A stretch of DNA of 63,652 nucleotides, the filler included, from Octopus bimaculoides (Eukaryota), in assembly GCF_001194135.2 (NCBI RefSeq). It is 9 parts of 7 records of this genome, joined end to end, with 100 filler letters (N's around TTAATTAATTAA, not from the genome) between each part and the next. Parts side by side here need not be neighbours in the genome. Positions count along the whole stretch, not along the records: positions 46,422 to 63,652 come from NC_068988.1; 8 more parts are not named here. One strand, given 5' to 3'. Positions 52,705-63,652 of this stretch are shown here, one piece after another. Position 1 is the first letter of the stretch; every line of letters starts with the position of its first letter. The notes beneath the pieces were generated by a model. That model saw only the letters and a list, made by a program, of their open reading frames with translations. It made no database searches and was not told the origin of the DNA. The position numbers and the translations under genes were made by a program.

Positions 52705-53484
52705 TATATATANNNNNNNNNNNNNNNNNNNNNNNNNNNNNNNNNNNNNNNNNNNNNNNNNNNNNNNNNNNNNNNNNNNNNNNNNNNNNNNNNNNNNNNN
52801 NNNNNNNNNNNNNNNNNNNNNNNNNNNNNNNNNNNNNNNNNNNNNNNNNNNNNNNNNNNNNNNNNNNNNNNNNNNNNNNNNNNNNNNNNNNNNNNNNNNN
52901 NNNNNNNNNNNNNNNNNNNNNNNNNNNNNNNNNNNNNNNNNNNNNNNNNNNNNNNNNNNNNNNNNNNNNNNNNNNNNNNNNNNNNNNNNNNNNNNNNNNN
53001 NNNNNNNNNNNNNNNNNNNNNNNNNNNNNNNNNNNNNNNNNNNNNNNNNNNNNNNNNNNNNNNNNNNNNNNNNNNNNNNNNNNNNNNNNNNNNNNNNNNN
53101 NNNNNNNNNNNNNNNNNNNNNNNNNNNNNNNNNNNNNNNNNNNNNNNNNNNNNNNNNNNNNNNNNNNNNNNNNNNNNNNNNNNNNNNNNNNNNNNNNNNN
53201 NNNNNNNNNNNNNNNNNNNNNNNNNNNNNNNNNNNNNNNNNNNNNNNNNNNNNNNNNNNNNNNNNNNNNNNNNNNNNNNNNNNNNNNNNNNNNNNNNNNN
53301 NNNNNNNNNNNNNNNNNNNNNNNNNNNNNNNNNNNNNNNNNNNNNNNNNNNNNNNNNNNNNNNNNNNNNNNNNNNNNNNNNNNNNNNNNNNNNNNNNNNN
53401 NNNNNNNNNNNNNNNNNNNNNNNNNNNNNNNNNNNNNNNNNNNNNNNNNNNNNNNNNNNNNNNNNNNNNNNNNNNNNNNNNNNN

Positions 53485-53568
<84 letters not shown>

Positions 53569-53653
53569 ATATGTAAGTATGCATGAATATATATATATGT
53601 GGATACATGCATTTATATTTGCATGCATGCACACACATACACGCGCGCACACA

Positions 53654-53694
<41 letters not shown>

Positions 53695-54193
53695 CTATTA
53701 TTTAGACGTAAAGCTTTACAGCTGATTTATGTAGCTTTAAGCCTAAGTTTACACGATAAATGTATATTTTCCACTTTTACACAGTGAGTTCTATTACTCC
53801 CGTTTGTACCACGAAATTGATGTGTGTGTGTGCGTGCACATACATGTGTGTTCGTGCGTATATACGTACGTGGGTGCGTATGTATGAGTGTGCATCTGCG
53901 TATGTGCGTGCGCGTGTGTGTGTTCATGTTTGTGTGTGTGCGTGTGTGTGTGTTCTTTAACTGTTTTCGATCGTTTTCATACACAGCATCATCTTCACAA
54001 CATTTAGATGTTCAAATCAATCTGAATATTAATTTGAGTGCGACACTTTTTTATTTAACTAAACTCTCTTTATCGATTGGCCATGTTTACTTTCTTTTTG
54101 TTAGCGTAAAGGTGCGTAACTCCACTTGATGTTCTTACCCCGCCAAAAACACAATCACTGACCTAATCTGTATATATGCTGGGGCTTGGCTGC

Positions 54194-54235
54194 TCTGCAT
54201 TGACAAGGGGCAACACCCTGAAACTAGTCTGCAGA
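54194..54235 (+). ncRNA. Minimal type I hammerhead with U3:A8 core
   Basis: TCTGCA-TTGACAA-GGGG(CAACA)CCCT-GAA-ACTAGT-C-TGCAGA. Confidence 0.72.
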
Positions 54236-54461
54236 TGCCAAACCAGCAGGGGGACACTGCTGACCTCCCCTGTTCGAAGGTTATAAAGGACACAGGTTTC
54301 GTGTGTCACATAGCTAGCTAGAGGCGATGGCTTCTTGGAGCTAATTCACGGCAGCTTTCGTCCTAATTTTGGGACTGCCATGTTGGCTTGGCGATAACTA
54401 TTAATTTCCAGTACCGCTGCCGTAGTCTCCTTTAGAGTGACTTAGAAATATTAATAAATAA

Positions 54462-54495
<34 letters not shown>

Positions 54496-54539
54496 TCCAA
54501 AGAAAACAGTATTGATACGAAAGTTCCCCAAAATACTGA

Positions 54540-56280
54540 ACAAACTTAACTATGAGTAATAAATTGATCACAATGAAACCTCGCGTAAAATCTAATGCAA
54601 CTTTCGGAATATAGATTTAAATTCATACCAGCTACTGAAACTGGCACAACAAATCTTATAAATGATACAGAAAAATTTTGTAGAAAACTTTGTAACTTCG
54701 TCTTCGGTAGTTCTTCCAAAAGAAGCACACCGAAGATACCTCACGTGCACTAAAACTTAAATAAATAAATAAACTTGAATAAAATCTCTAGTGAAGAGGA
54801 ATAAGCACTTTCAGTAATACATTGTCTGAAAAGATTGGCAAACCCAAGCATTCCAAAAAATCGTATGAAAGCAAATATTACGAATGAAGTGCGAACACAT
54901 TGGAATGTCAACGGAATGATTCATCTCTATAGTCATTAAAGTAGCTGATAAAGAATAAACCATTGTTATAATGGGCAAAACCCATTAGAAGAGGAAATGG
55001 TCTTAGAACTACTACATGGCCACTGTTTCTACAAAATACCAAAATTCACTCCAGATGAGCAATGTAGAAAATTGGTACATTGACAGACAAACACTGAAAC
55101 AATTTAACGGGAGAAGAATTGGATTACTTAACTAATTTTGAGGTAAAAACAAGCAACTTTTATGGAGCATCAAAAGTTCCTGAATCTAAAGAAACAGCTT
55201 AAAAGACCTCTATACATTTTATGTACAGATTTCCAAACCGTCCGACTCAAACTTATGACTAATTGTTGCTGGACCAACGTAAAACACCCAGCGATTAAAC
55301 AATTTATTTGACATAATTTTGAAACCATTGTGCAAATTGTATCCTAATTTCATTAGACATGGCATAAACTTCCAAATTATGTTCCAGAAAGATTTAATGT
55401 AGAGATGATCCTCATTAGTTTTGATATAACCAGCCTCTACTCGAATCTCCCCCATGCATTAGATTAAGAAACAGGGAGATTCTGGCTTGGCAGCTATCAC
55501 ACAGAATTCAGGTGAGATTCGTAAAATAATTTATATTTGAAGGATTACTATTGGTGCTAGAAAACAACTACTTCTTCTCTGGTAATATTATCTTTAAATA
55601 CAAGAGACAGTAATGAGCACGAAAGTTGCACCAGTATTTGGAACACTATTAATGGGATTCCTTAATGGAAAAATATATTCCTTTCCCGGAATTACTTTTG
55701 ATAAACGTTTCCAATTTTATTGAAAAAAAAAAACAGGAAAATATTCCTAGATGAATGCTTCATATTTTGGAACAAAAGTAAGGAAGGCCTTACGAGATTC
55801 CTTTGAAACAAATAAAAGGTAATGGGTAAAAGGTAAAAGCATTCATGATTCACTAAGGAAATGCATGAAAGAGAACTTCCATTTTTGTACATTCTGGTAA
55901 CTCAGAAAACTGAAACAGTTACAACTGATATCTCAATATCTTCTGTAAGGGTACAGACACACATGTTTAGATTTTAGATCTTTGCCACCCATTCCATAGT
56001 AAAAAGAACCGCCTGTTTAATAAAGCTGGACGTATTTCTTCAATAGTTACAGGCAAAAATAGATGACATTGACGACAGGTACAGCTAAATATATTTCTTC
56101 GAAAGCAAAAATACTCAGACAGTTTATTAAGTTATACCATAACCAAGGCAAAAGAGATTTCAATTTCTGTCTTACAGAGAAACCCTCACAGTGAGGGTGA
56201 AGACAAAAACACTAACAAAAATATTCTTACATTTGGCCAAACGATACCTTCCAGTTCTATACAAATCATTAAAATTCTCA
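54540..56280 (+). mobile_element. Penelope-like element RT fossil
   Basis: FKFIP, IVIKVADKE, FYGASKV, IVAGPT, SFDITSLYSNLPH, TVMSTKVAP, FLDECFIFW, ELPFLYIL and CHPFHSKKN motifs in PLE order; many stops and frameshifts. Confidence 0.88.
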
Positions 56281-56325
56281 AAGAAAAAAATTAATAATAA
56301 TAATAATAATCATAATAATAATAAC

Positions 56326-56387
<62 letters not shown>

Positions 56388-56389
56388 CA

Positions 56390-57266
56390 ACAAGAGCACT
56401 TAGAGAGCGCAAACCTCCGCCAAGGCAATACCAACGTCCTTTCACAAACGAGAATACTAAAAATAGACCCGACCGCTTTCAAAAATTAAGTGAAAATGAA
56501 AAACGGGAAAATAATCCAGGATCGTTGTCTGGTACTTGATCGACCCCAATGGTAGTCATGGGATGTGAAGGTGGCTGTGGAAAATTTAGTAACAGTAATA
56601 AGTAGTTTATCCTTAAGCCAAAGTTAACAATTTCACCATTCAAAATAATTTCAAATGCGGAGGTAATAATAAGTTCTACTCAGAAATTTTAAAATGAATA
56701 TTATGAAACCTTTTCGTTTTCTCTTCTCTTAAATTCCGGCCTTCCTTTAGTATTACTGTTGTTTTAGATCAATGTATTGATGTATGTATATATGTAAGTA
56801 TGCTGTAAAGTGTTAATATGTATGTGTAATATAAGATATATATATATATATATATGTTAGTGTTATTTAATTTCTGAACGGTTTTGCTACCGTTTGTTTA
56901 AGTAGTTTGATTTCTTTATCCATCAGTTTCTACTAAGATAGAGACGCAAGTAAAATTAATAATAGAGAAACGAAAATAAAACTCTGGAAATAGTCTTAAG
57001 GGAGTTAATTGAGAAAGACTTGAAAATGAACGTAAGATCGTACTAATGTAGAGTAAAGTAAATATAACAAATAATCCAGAATCCTTGTCCGGTACCGGAT
57101 CGATCCCAAAATCTAATCAGTTCGTGCCAGTCACGAGGCCAAACATCACTGAAAATTTCATTTGAATACATCCAGCGGTTCTTCAGATATCTTGTCCGCG
57201 GACAAGCAAACAAACAAACACGATTGAAAACAATACCTCCGCCTTAGCGAAAGCAGAGGTAATAAT
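56390..57266 (+). mobile_element. HINE-like pieces (about 56390-56670 and 57060-57266)
   Basis: Homologous to 29593-29932; terminal hairpin at 57235-57260. Confidence 0.65.
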
Positions 57267-58113
57267 TTAAGAATCACAAATTATCAATAGCTGAAAACAA
57301 GTACCAAATTTGAGAAAATATTTAAGAAATGCAAAATTCATTCCAGAAGAAATAATGCGGAGATATTCGTTGTAGGGGGTGTGAAATAACTGAACAAGAA
57401 ACTACCAAAAGATTCAAGAACGAAAAAGAATTGAAGGTGTATACAAATAGGAATTGCATGACACAGCTCCGATGTAATGAAAATTTAATCGGCCAAACTA
57501 GATCAATATTAATACTTTAGGTTTAGAAAACATCTAATATTGATCTCTTTGAAATGTTCCATGTAGTGATCATCTAGACATTTCTGCAATGGAAATTTCA
57601 AAATACTCACTTTTGCAAAGTAAATTAAGATAATCAACTTCGAAAAGCAAAAGAATCATATGACAGTAAAAGAATAATATGACAGAATAATATGAAGTTT
57701 AAATTCAAAATTATACCGGAAAGCGTCAACACTGCTACTAAAAATAGCTCCCTGTATATGCAATGCCCCAAAATACGTGTGCTTGAAAATCTGTAAGCAG
57801 CAAAAGCACTTAAAGCAATACAAATACATCGTTACAAAATCTATAAAGCACATCGTTCCATTGCACTGAGTGCAATGCTTCTTACAGCAAATAGAACTGT
57901 AAGCTAATGAAAATGATTACGCACCTCCTGTTACTGTGTTATTCGTTAATTGACATGCACATGCATATATAATAGTACTTCACTCAGCACGGCTACAGCG
58001 TTATAACCCTTGGCTGAAACCAGCAAAAGTGTGCGCGCATGCAAACATGTATGTATATGTAGGTATATTAAAAAAAAAACAGAAAAAGGAATATCTTTTC
58101 AGAATTTTGTCAT

Positions 58114-58486
58114 AGGTGCAGGAATGACTGTGTGGTAAGTACCTTGCTTACTAACCACATGGTTCCAGGTTAATCTCACTGAGTGGAAGCTTGGGCAAGT
58201 GTCTTCTACTATAACCTCGAACCGACCAAAACCTTGTGAGTGGATTTGTTAGACGGAAACTGAAAGAAGCCCGTCGTATGTGTGTGTGTGTTTGTGTTTG
58301 TCCCCACCCCACCCCCACCATCGCTTGACAACCGATATTGGTGTGTTTAGCGGTTCGGCAAGAGAGCCCGATAGAATAAGTACTAGGCTTACAAAGAATA
58401 ATTTCTGGGAGTCGATGTGCTCGACTAAAGGCGGTGATCCAACATGGCTGCAGTCAAATGACTGAAACAAATAAAACAATTAAAAC
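58114..58486 (+). mobile_element. SINE family B, full length, diverged
   Basis: Head to tail match. Confidence 0.9.
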
Positions 58487-58825
58487 ATAGATAAAAGTAA
58501 GGAGGTATTTGTGTTTATTTCAAAATATGCCACTGCTTCAATTGCTTATAAAGGCAATTTCGTCATGCTGGAATGAAATGGAAATTTAATCGAAATAAAG
58601 AAAATTAAGTTAATCTTTTGTGATATCAGTTCTGTTTAATCGCTAAATTGATATTTGGGGACAAGCGGTGACACAGTATATCAACAAAGGAACAATCTTT
58701 ACAGCCGAACACCGACCTCGTCTTTATAGATATGGGAAAGAAAGCGAGATAACTACCGCCAACACTACTGCAAGTCTTGCTGAAGTTACCACTATTACTA
58801 CTGCTACTAGTTAGACTAAACAGCC

Positions 58826-58899
58826 GCTGCTCGCATTGCTGCTCGCATTGCTGCTCGCGTTGCTGCTCGCATTGCTGCTCGCATTGCTGCTCGCATTGC
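58826..58899. repeat. 12-bp tandem repeat (CTGCTCGCATTG) x about 6
   Basis: Direct. Confidence 0.92.
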
Positions 58900-59001
58900 T
58901 GCAACAGCTGCGACTAGTAGCCACTCTTTTTGTTGCTCCTGCTGCTGCTGCTGCTAGTACTACCCAGCAACAATCAGAAGAAAATGAAATTGCAGCATCA
59001 G

Positions 59002-59099
59002 GTGAGTTTTGTAAGAAAATCATGAGTACTTCCACAACTGATATCATAAAGGATGAATTTAATTTAATTTATTTCACTTAATTTTCCCTTTTATTTCAG
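59002..59099 (+). other. Candidate 98-nt intron
   Basis: GTGAGT donor, CTTAAT branch-like site, pyrimidine tract, CAG; splicing gives ...EENEIAASA*. Confidence 0.45.
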
Positions 59100-59989
59100 C
59101 ATGACTAAATCGTCTTTTTAAGAAGTTGAAACTGGTAGCATATTTTGAAAAGGGTGCTAAAAAAACATGATAAAATGATAAACAGTACTTTCTTTCATTC
59201 ATGACAGAATTTTCAGTGCATTTTCATTTTGTTTTTTTAAGTATAAATATATTCGTGTTTTACCATTAAACCACTTAGCATTTCAATGTGTGTGTATGTA
59301 GCGGGAATATTCAACAATCTCCCGATATAACGATTCGCTAGAATATTGCCCACATGAACAACAAAATCTGACAAATCACGACTTTGCGTCGAATAGGCTT
59401 TAACATCGATCGTTTCTTTTGCCGCGCTTCCTTCTGAGCCTATCGACTAGCATAATAGTTGACACACCGTGACTACAAGACAGACAGATTTGGGAGGCAG
59501 CAGAGAGAGCATTGGCTGACACTGAAGGAATTAACCAACAGAGACGGCTAACAGCAGCTAACAACACAATAGCAATGAACACTTTATCTGCTGCTACAAC
59601 TACACAAAGAGCAAAAGCACTCGCGACATTTTGTCGTTTGTAGTTATGGCAACGTCCATTTTTTTGTGTACGATAAGAGAGTTCTTTTACATACACTCAC
59701 ACACACATACACACACACGCACATATATGCGCGCGCGCGCGAAACAAAAGCATGAACTTCACAATCTCATTTATTCCTATCCTTTCTATGCTCTCACTTT
59801 TACTATCTCCTAACTCACTACCACTTAGTAAAACTTACGCTTGTTGTGTATTTAATAAAATTTGTGTGTGAAATGATGTGAAATTGGAAACAACTTTCGG
59901 AAATGGGAAATTTCACACTTTATATTTGTAGGCGGATACTGGGCTGTGTGAAAACGATGAATGTTCTACTGAAATGTAACTGGGTGTAT

Positions 59990-60390
59990 ATATGGGTACA
60001 GGACGTCAAAAAAAAGAACGTGAACAAAATGAGAAACGATAACATAAAAAACAAAAGCACGGTAAACGATTTTTTTTAACAACGAAAGAAACAAATAGAG
60101 AAACGAGACACGTAACATAAAGAACATTCCCTTCATCAGTTGTCCCCTGTTTTATCTACTCTGCGTTTCTAAGGTAGGGACAAGACGCGATTTCGTTAAA
60201 ACAGTCCTTTCCCAAAGCAAATTAAATAAAATTTAGGATTTTTTGCGGAGGTTGATGTCAAAAGAATTGAAAAGCTTAGATAACGCAAAATAATATTTTT
60301 AGGTAGGAACGATGAATCTCAAAGCAAATAAAGATATAAATCATAGCGAGTAAATACGGATTAAAAACCGTTTGGATAGATACGGTCGGA
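59990..60390 (-). mobile_element. Penelope-like terminal repeat carrying permuted hammerhead-like motif (copy 2, 60120-60205)
   Basis: Minus RIYPNGF* resembles the PLE ..PxGLN endonuclease end; homologous to 3830-3985. Confidence 0.55.
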
Positions 60391-60530
60391 GGATGTGCAT
60401 GAGACACGAACCCACAACCCTTTTAAATGTCTAAGTGTTTTAAGTCCAATATGCATGCATAGATACCCATACACACACAAACACGTATGTATGAGTGAGG
60501 TACTGTGTTTGACGCCATATATGAATGACG

Positions 60531-60581
<51 letters not shown>

Positions 60582-61091
60582 CGTGGGTGTGTTTCTGTGT
60601 CTGTCTGCATGCGTGTGCCTGTATGTGATTAAAGTACATGATATGTTATGCTATATCTACTGTTGATTACAGTTAGGCGTGTCGGAATTTTATGAATGAA
60701 GACTTTTTTCGTACTTTCAATGCTTAGGCCTTCGGCTGTTGAGAGTAGGGAGAATGATTTAGTCATTTTTTTTTTAATGGAATTTTTTTCTTCTTTGCTT
60801 CGCTGTCTTTTATAAGACCAAAATAATGCGTAAATACAATGTGAGTATTATTTGACCGTAAGATAATTCACATTGCTATAAAGAAGAAATGGAAAACACT
60901 AATTAAAGATATAAAAGGCAGGAGGAGGGACAGAGGTAGGTAGGCAGGTAGGTAGGTAGGTAGGTAGGCAGGTAGGGAGTGATGGATGGAGGATGGGAGG
61001 GAGGTTTGCGAGAGTAGCTGGTAAGGTTGGCGGGGAGATAGGAGTTAGATTAATAGATATGCGGATAGAGACAGAAAGCAGACAGACGGAC

Positions 61092-61147
<56 letters not shown>

Positions 61148-61891
61148 GTAGATAGATAGATAGATAGAAAGAAAAAGAAGGTTGTGTGTAAGCGTATACA
61201 GGAAAAGATTGAGAGAATTAAATTTTCATTGCCGATAAAATGTTCTGAAAAATAATCCTGCTCATAATGTTACTTACAGCTATATGTGCACGACTATATG
61301 TACCCTTAAATGTATGTACAGCGCTTTAGCGGCGTTGATGATGTAACTGAGTACGAATTCCGAAACAGCTGTACACATACAGAATAAATATTCTTTCTCT
61401 TCTCACTACTACTGGCTTTGATTATATATATAGTTCAAATTTACACAAAACAAAAGACAAAGACAGGTGTAGGGACAACAAGCAGGTGTATTAGTTTAAC
61501 ACTCGGGAAAAATGGAATAGTCTTTTAACTTTCGAGCCTATATATATATGAATTACGCTGCGTTATACATGAAATATTTATTGTGTAATTCATCACGAAC
61601 ACCCAAAGCGAAAAATATAGAAATCAGGCTATCCTTGAAGTGTTAGCTATATTTATGACTGTTTATATTCAGTTTATCACTGCTTTTCATTCGAGAGGGA
61701 ACCTGAGCACGCCTTCTGTGAAGAACGCCCAACAAACCGTAAATCGGTCCGTCAGGAGATTTTCATCGTCATTTTCCCACACATTAATATATATTAATAA
61801 CGTAAGAAGAATATGTTTACATTTAACTTGCAGTGAAGCTTTGTAATGTTTAAATCTACAATAATTCTTGCTCTCTCAACTCCTCTCTACT

Positions 61892-61923
<32 letters not shown>

Positions 61924-62374
61924 GTATACAGACACGCACACACACACGCACACATACACGCACATGTCTGTATATGAAGTGAGTAGATAAATAGCTAGAA
62001 ATATTTATATGAGTAGGAGAAGACAGAGTTAGAGAGGTGGGGAGAGAGACACAAAAACAAAGTGAATCTCGAATGGGAGAGAAAGAGAGAGAGAGAGAGG
62101 TGGGGTGAACATTGGAAGTGAGAGGCGGGAGAGTAAGGTAAAATAGGGAATATCTTTGAAAAGAGTTTACTACATCTGAAAGCGAGAGAAAGATGGTGAG
62201 AGGATGAGTAAGAGAGAAAGAATAAATAAAGTGAACGCGGCGAGAAATGATGTTGTACGAGATTTAACAGAATCGTAGATAGATTTACGTTGACCGGGAG
62301 ACTTACTTACAGACAGAGAAAGAAAAAGATTGAGAGATAAGTGTTGGCTAAGTCTACAAGTGAAAGCATTTCCA

Positions 62375-62462
<88 letters not shown>

Positions 62463-62734
62463 AAAAGAAGAAGATGTTGGACGAAGAAAGAAGAGAAACG
62501 AAATGAAAACGGAGAAGTAAGTTTAAGAGGGAAAGTCAACGTTAGGTCAGGGTATGCATGATGGAATGAGTCATGGAATGAGCAAATAAGACAGAGAGCG
62601 TTTGAGCGAGGAAATGAGTAAATGGTTGAGTAAGAGAGAAAGCGAATGAGTGAGGGACTGAGGCAAAAGTGTATGAGGGTAATGAAGTTGCTGAGTGAGA
62701 AAATATATGAACGAGCAAGCAAAAATGTTCTTTT

Positions 62735-63165
62735 GTACTCTTGGCACAAGGCTCGAAATTTTTGGGGGGAGGGGTTGGCCAGTCGATTAGATCGACCCCA
62801 GTATGCAACTGGTATTAATTTATCGACCCCGAAAAGATGAAAGTTAAAGTCGACCTCGGCAGAATTTGAACTAAGAATGTAAAGACAGATGAAATATCGC
62901 TAAACATTTCGCCCGACGTGCTAACGTTTCTTATTTCTTTATTGCCCACAAGGGACTAAATATAGAGGGGACAAACAAGAACGGACAAAGGGATTAAGTT
63001 GATTACATCGACCCCAGTGCGTAACTGGTACTTAATTTATCGACCTCGAAAGGATGAAAGGCAAAGTCGACTTCAGCGGAATTTCAACTCAGAACGTAAC
63101 GGCAAACGAAATGCCACTTAGCATTTCGCCCGTCGTGCTGACGTTTCTACCAGCTCACCGCCTTG
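62735..63165 (-). mobile_element. Two head-to-tail SINE family A copies
   Basis: 62735-62930 and 62995-63165. Confidence 0.9.
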
Positions 63166-63294
63166 AGCAAGCAAATACATTGATAGAGAAAGCAGACGAG
63201 AGTGAGATGGATATACTAAGACAATACAAAAGAAGAATGATCGAGACTCTGTAAGCGACAAGTGAGAGACTAACTGAGATACACAGATGGATTT

Positions 63295-63605
63295 ACTTGT
63301 TTCACTCATTTGACTGCGGCTATGCTGGAGCACTGCCTCAAAGGAGTTTAATCGAAGAAATTAACCCCAGGATTATTCTTTGTAAGCCTGGTACTTATTC
63401 TGTCAGTCTCTTTTGCTAACCCGATAGGTTACGGAGACGTAAGCACACCATCATCGGTTGTCGAGGCTATACATATATATATATATATATATACACGGCC
63501 CGAGGCTATAATAGAAGACACTTGCGTAAGGTGGCATTCTGTGGGACTGAGCCCGGTACCAGATGATCAGGAAGTAAGCTTCTTACCACCCAGCCACGCC
63601 TGAGC
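63295..63605 (-). mobile_element. SINE family B, diverged and internally deleted
   Basis: Tail and head both present. Confidence 0.85.
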
Positions 63606-63652
63606 CTATTATACCTTTTATCTTTTGTTTCAGTCATTAGACTGCCACTATT

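Noticed and set aside
59470-59642. Protein-like frame LQDRQIWEAAERALADTEGINQQRRL
   Set aside because: No start, splice support or recognisable family

Overview
AT-rich, microsatellite-saturated, gapped eukaryotic scaffold. The SINE repertoire and repeat landscape suggest an octopod cephalopod (inference). Most annotated ORFs are artefacts of simple repeats or N runs. The real content is five or six tRNA-derived SINE families (about 40 copies or fragments) plus fossils of Tx1/L1, R4/Dong, RTE and Penelope-like retroelements, Tc1 (DD36E), mariner, maT-like, Tigger-like and Helitron/Helentron-type DNA elements. There are two dispersed minisatellite arrays and a few plus-strand exon candidates, one clearly METTL13-like. 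The most interesting signal is a set of hammerhead-ribozyme motifs in three architectures: a minimal type I with a U3:A8 core upstream of a Penelope-like ORF; a minimal type I inside a tRNA-headed SINE with an inverted terminal copy (2 copies); and a motif with the hammerhead strands in a non-cyclic order, supported by covariation between 2 diverged copies. All identifications come from manual reading and translation. No alignments or folding programs were run, and most element boundaries are approximate.
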